Positions 5,125 to 5,342 of a stretch of 5,342 nt of DNA are shown in pieces. The stretch's first letter is position 1; every line of letters starts with the position of its first letter. The notes under the pieces were generated by a model that saw only the letters and a list, made by a program, of their open reading frames with translations, was not told where the DNA came from and made no database searches. Source of the stretch: a virus; IMG/VR virus record IMGVR_UViG_3300007078_000009. The stretch is one strand, 5' to 3'. A program made the translations under genes and the position numbers.

Positions 5125-5342
5125 TATTCTGCCTCTTTTTTAGCTACCATTTCGGTTGCTGTGTTTATTACTATTGCGGATACTACGTTTCCCAGCAATC
5201 CCCAGTTTGTTCCTTCTGTTTGTTTTTTCAACTCCTCTAGATCCTCTGTTGTTTCTGTTATCTTGAACCTTCCCATTGTTAGGAACCATCCTTTTCCCTC
5301 GTTTATCGCGTCGAATGGTGTTCCTTCTATTCTTTCTCTTTT
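5078..5342. repeat. Terminal direct repeat, copy 2 (circularisation overlap of the contig)
   Basis: Identical to 1..265, offset 5077. The minus-strand segment 5124..5342 is a second, edge-truncated copy of the 99-aa ORF (last 72 codons plus stop). Confidence 0.93.
5132..5136 (-). promoter_or_regulatory. Shine-Dalgarno site AGAGG for VP1, located inside the end of the 99-aa ORF
   Basis: Coding strand reads AAAAAAGAGGCAGAATAATG. The same site occurs at 55..59 in the first repeat copy. Confidence 0.5.

Noticed and set aside
84-5240. All fourteen plus-strand ORFs in the track: 84..491, 501..683, 799..1038, 1190..1501, 1438..2025, 1694..1918, 2067..2351, 2152..2355, 2794..3006, 2817..3341, 3441..3872, 3617..3844, 4290..4892 and 4989..5240
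   Set aside because: Their products are monotonous L/F/S/C-rich strings. They run antisense to well-supported genes. They are expected because the plus strand is so A-poor that TAA, TAG and TGA are rare. At least one (501..683) starts at GTG, and I noticed no convincing SD among the starts I looked at.
1-5342. tRNA or rRNA genes, CRISPR arrays, integrase or transposase genes, toxin-antitoxin or defence genes
   Set aside because: I saw no cloverleaf-capable segments, no spaced direct repeats and no ORFs with recombinase motifs. Phage core genes and small ORFs fill the genome.

Overview
The window is one complete circular ssDNA phage genome of the family Microviridae (not phiX-like; gokushovirus- or alpavirus-like). 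It is written as the reverse complement of its coding strand and has an assembly-type terminal overlap. Positions 1..265 are identical to 5078..5342 in my base-by-base comparison, so the genome unit is 5077 nt. All credible genes lie on the minus strand and are tightly packed. In transcription order they are: major capsid protein VP1 (5124..3145), a VP3-like internal scaffolding protein (3139..2801), the minor capsid/DNA pilot protein VP2 (2710..1910), and the HUH rolling-circle replication initiator VP4 (1910..909). After these comes a block of four small unrecognised ORFs (63, 29, 65 and 99 aa) that runs through the circular junction back into VP1. The 29-aa ORF is absent from the supplied track; I read it by hand. 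It is a hydrophobic single-helix peptide behind the strongest Shine-Dalgarno site in the genome, and is the best candidate for a membrane-active or lysis function. Other points worth checking: two G/C-only hairpins in the main non-coding gap, and a perfect CC-T9-A9-GG palindrome overlapping the VP2 ribosome-binding site. Two gene junctions overlap as TAATG. The 65/99-aa ORF pair could be joined by a +1 shift in an A6 run. The strand composition is very skewed, with an A-rich, T-poor coding strand, which also explains every long plus-strand ORF in the track as an artefact. All family assignments come from motifs I recognise by eye. No database search was possible.
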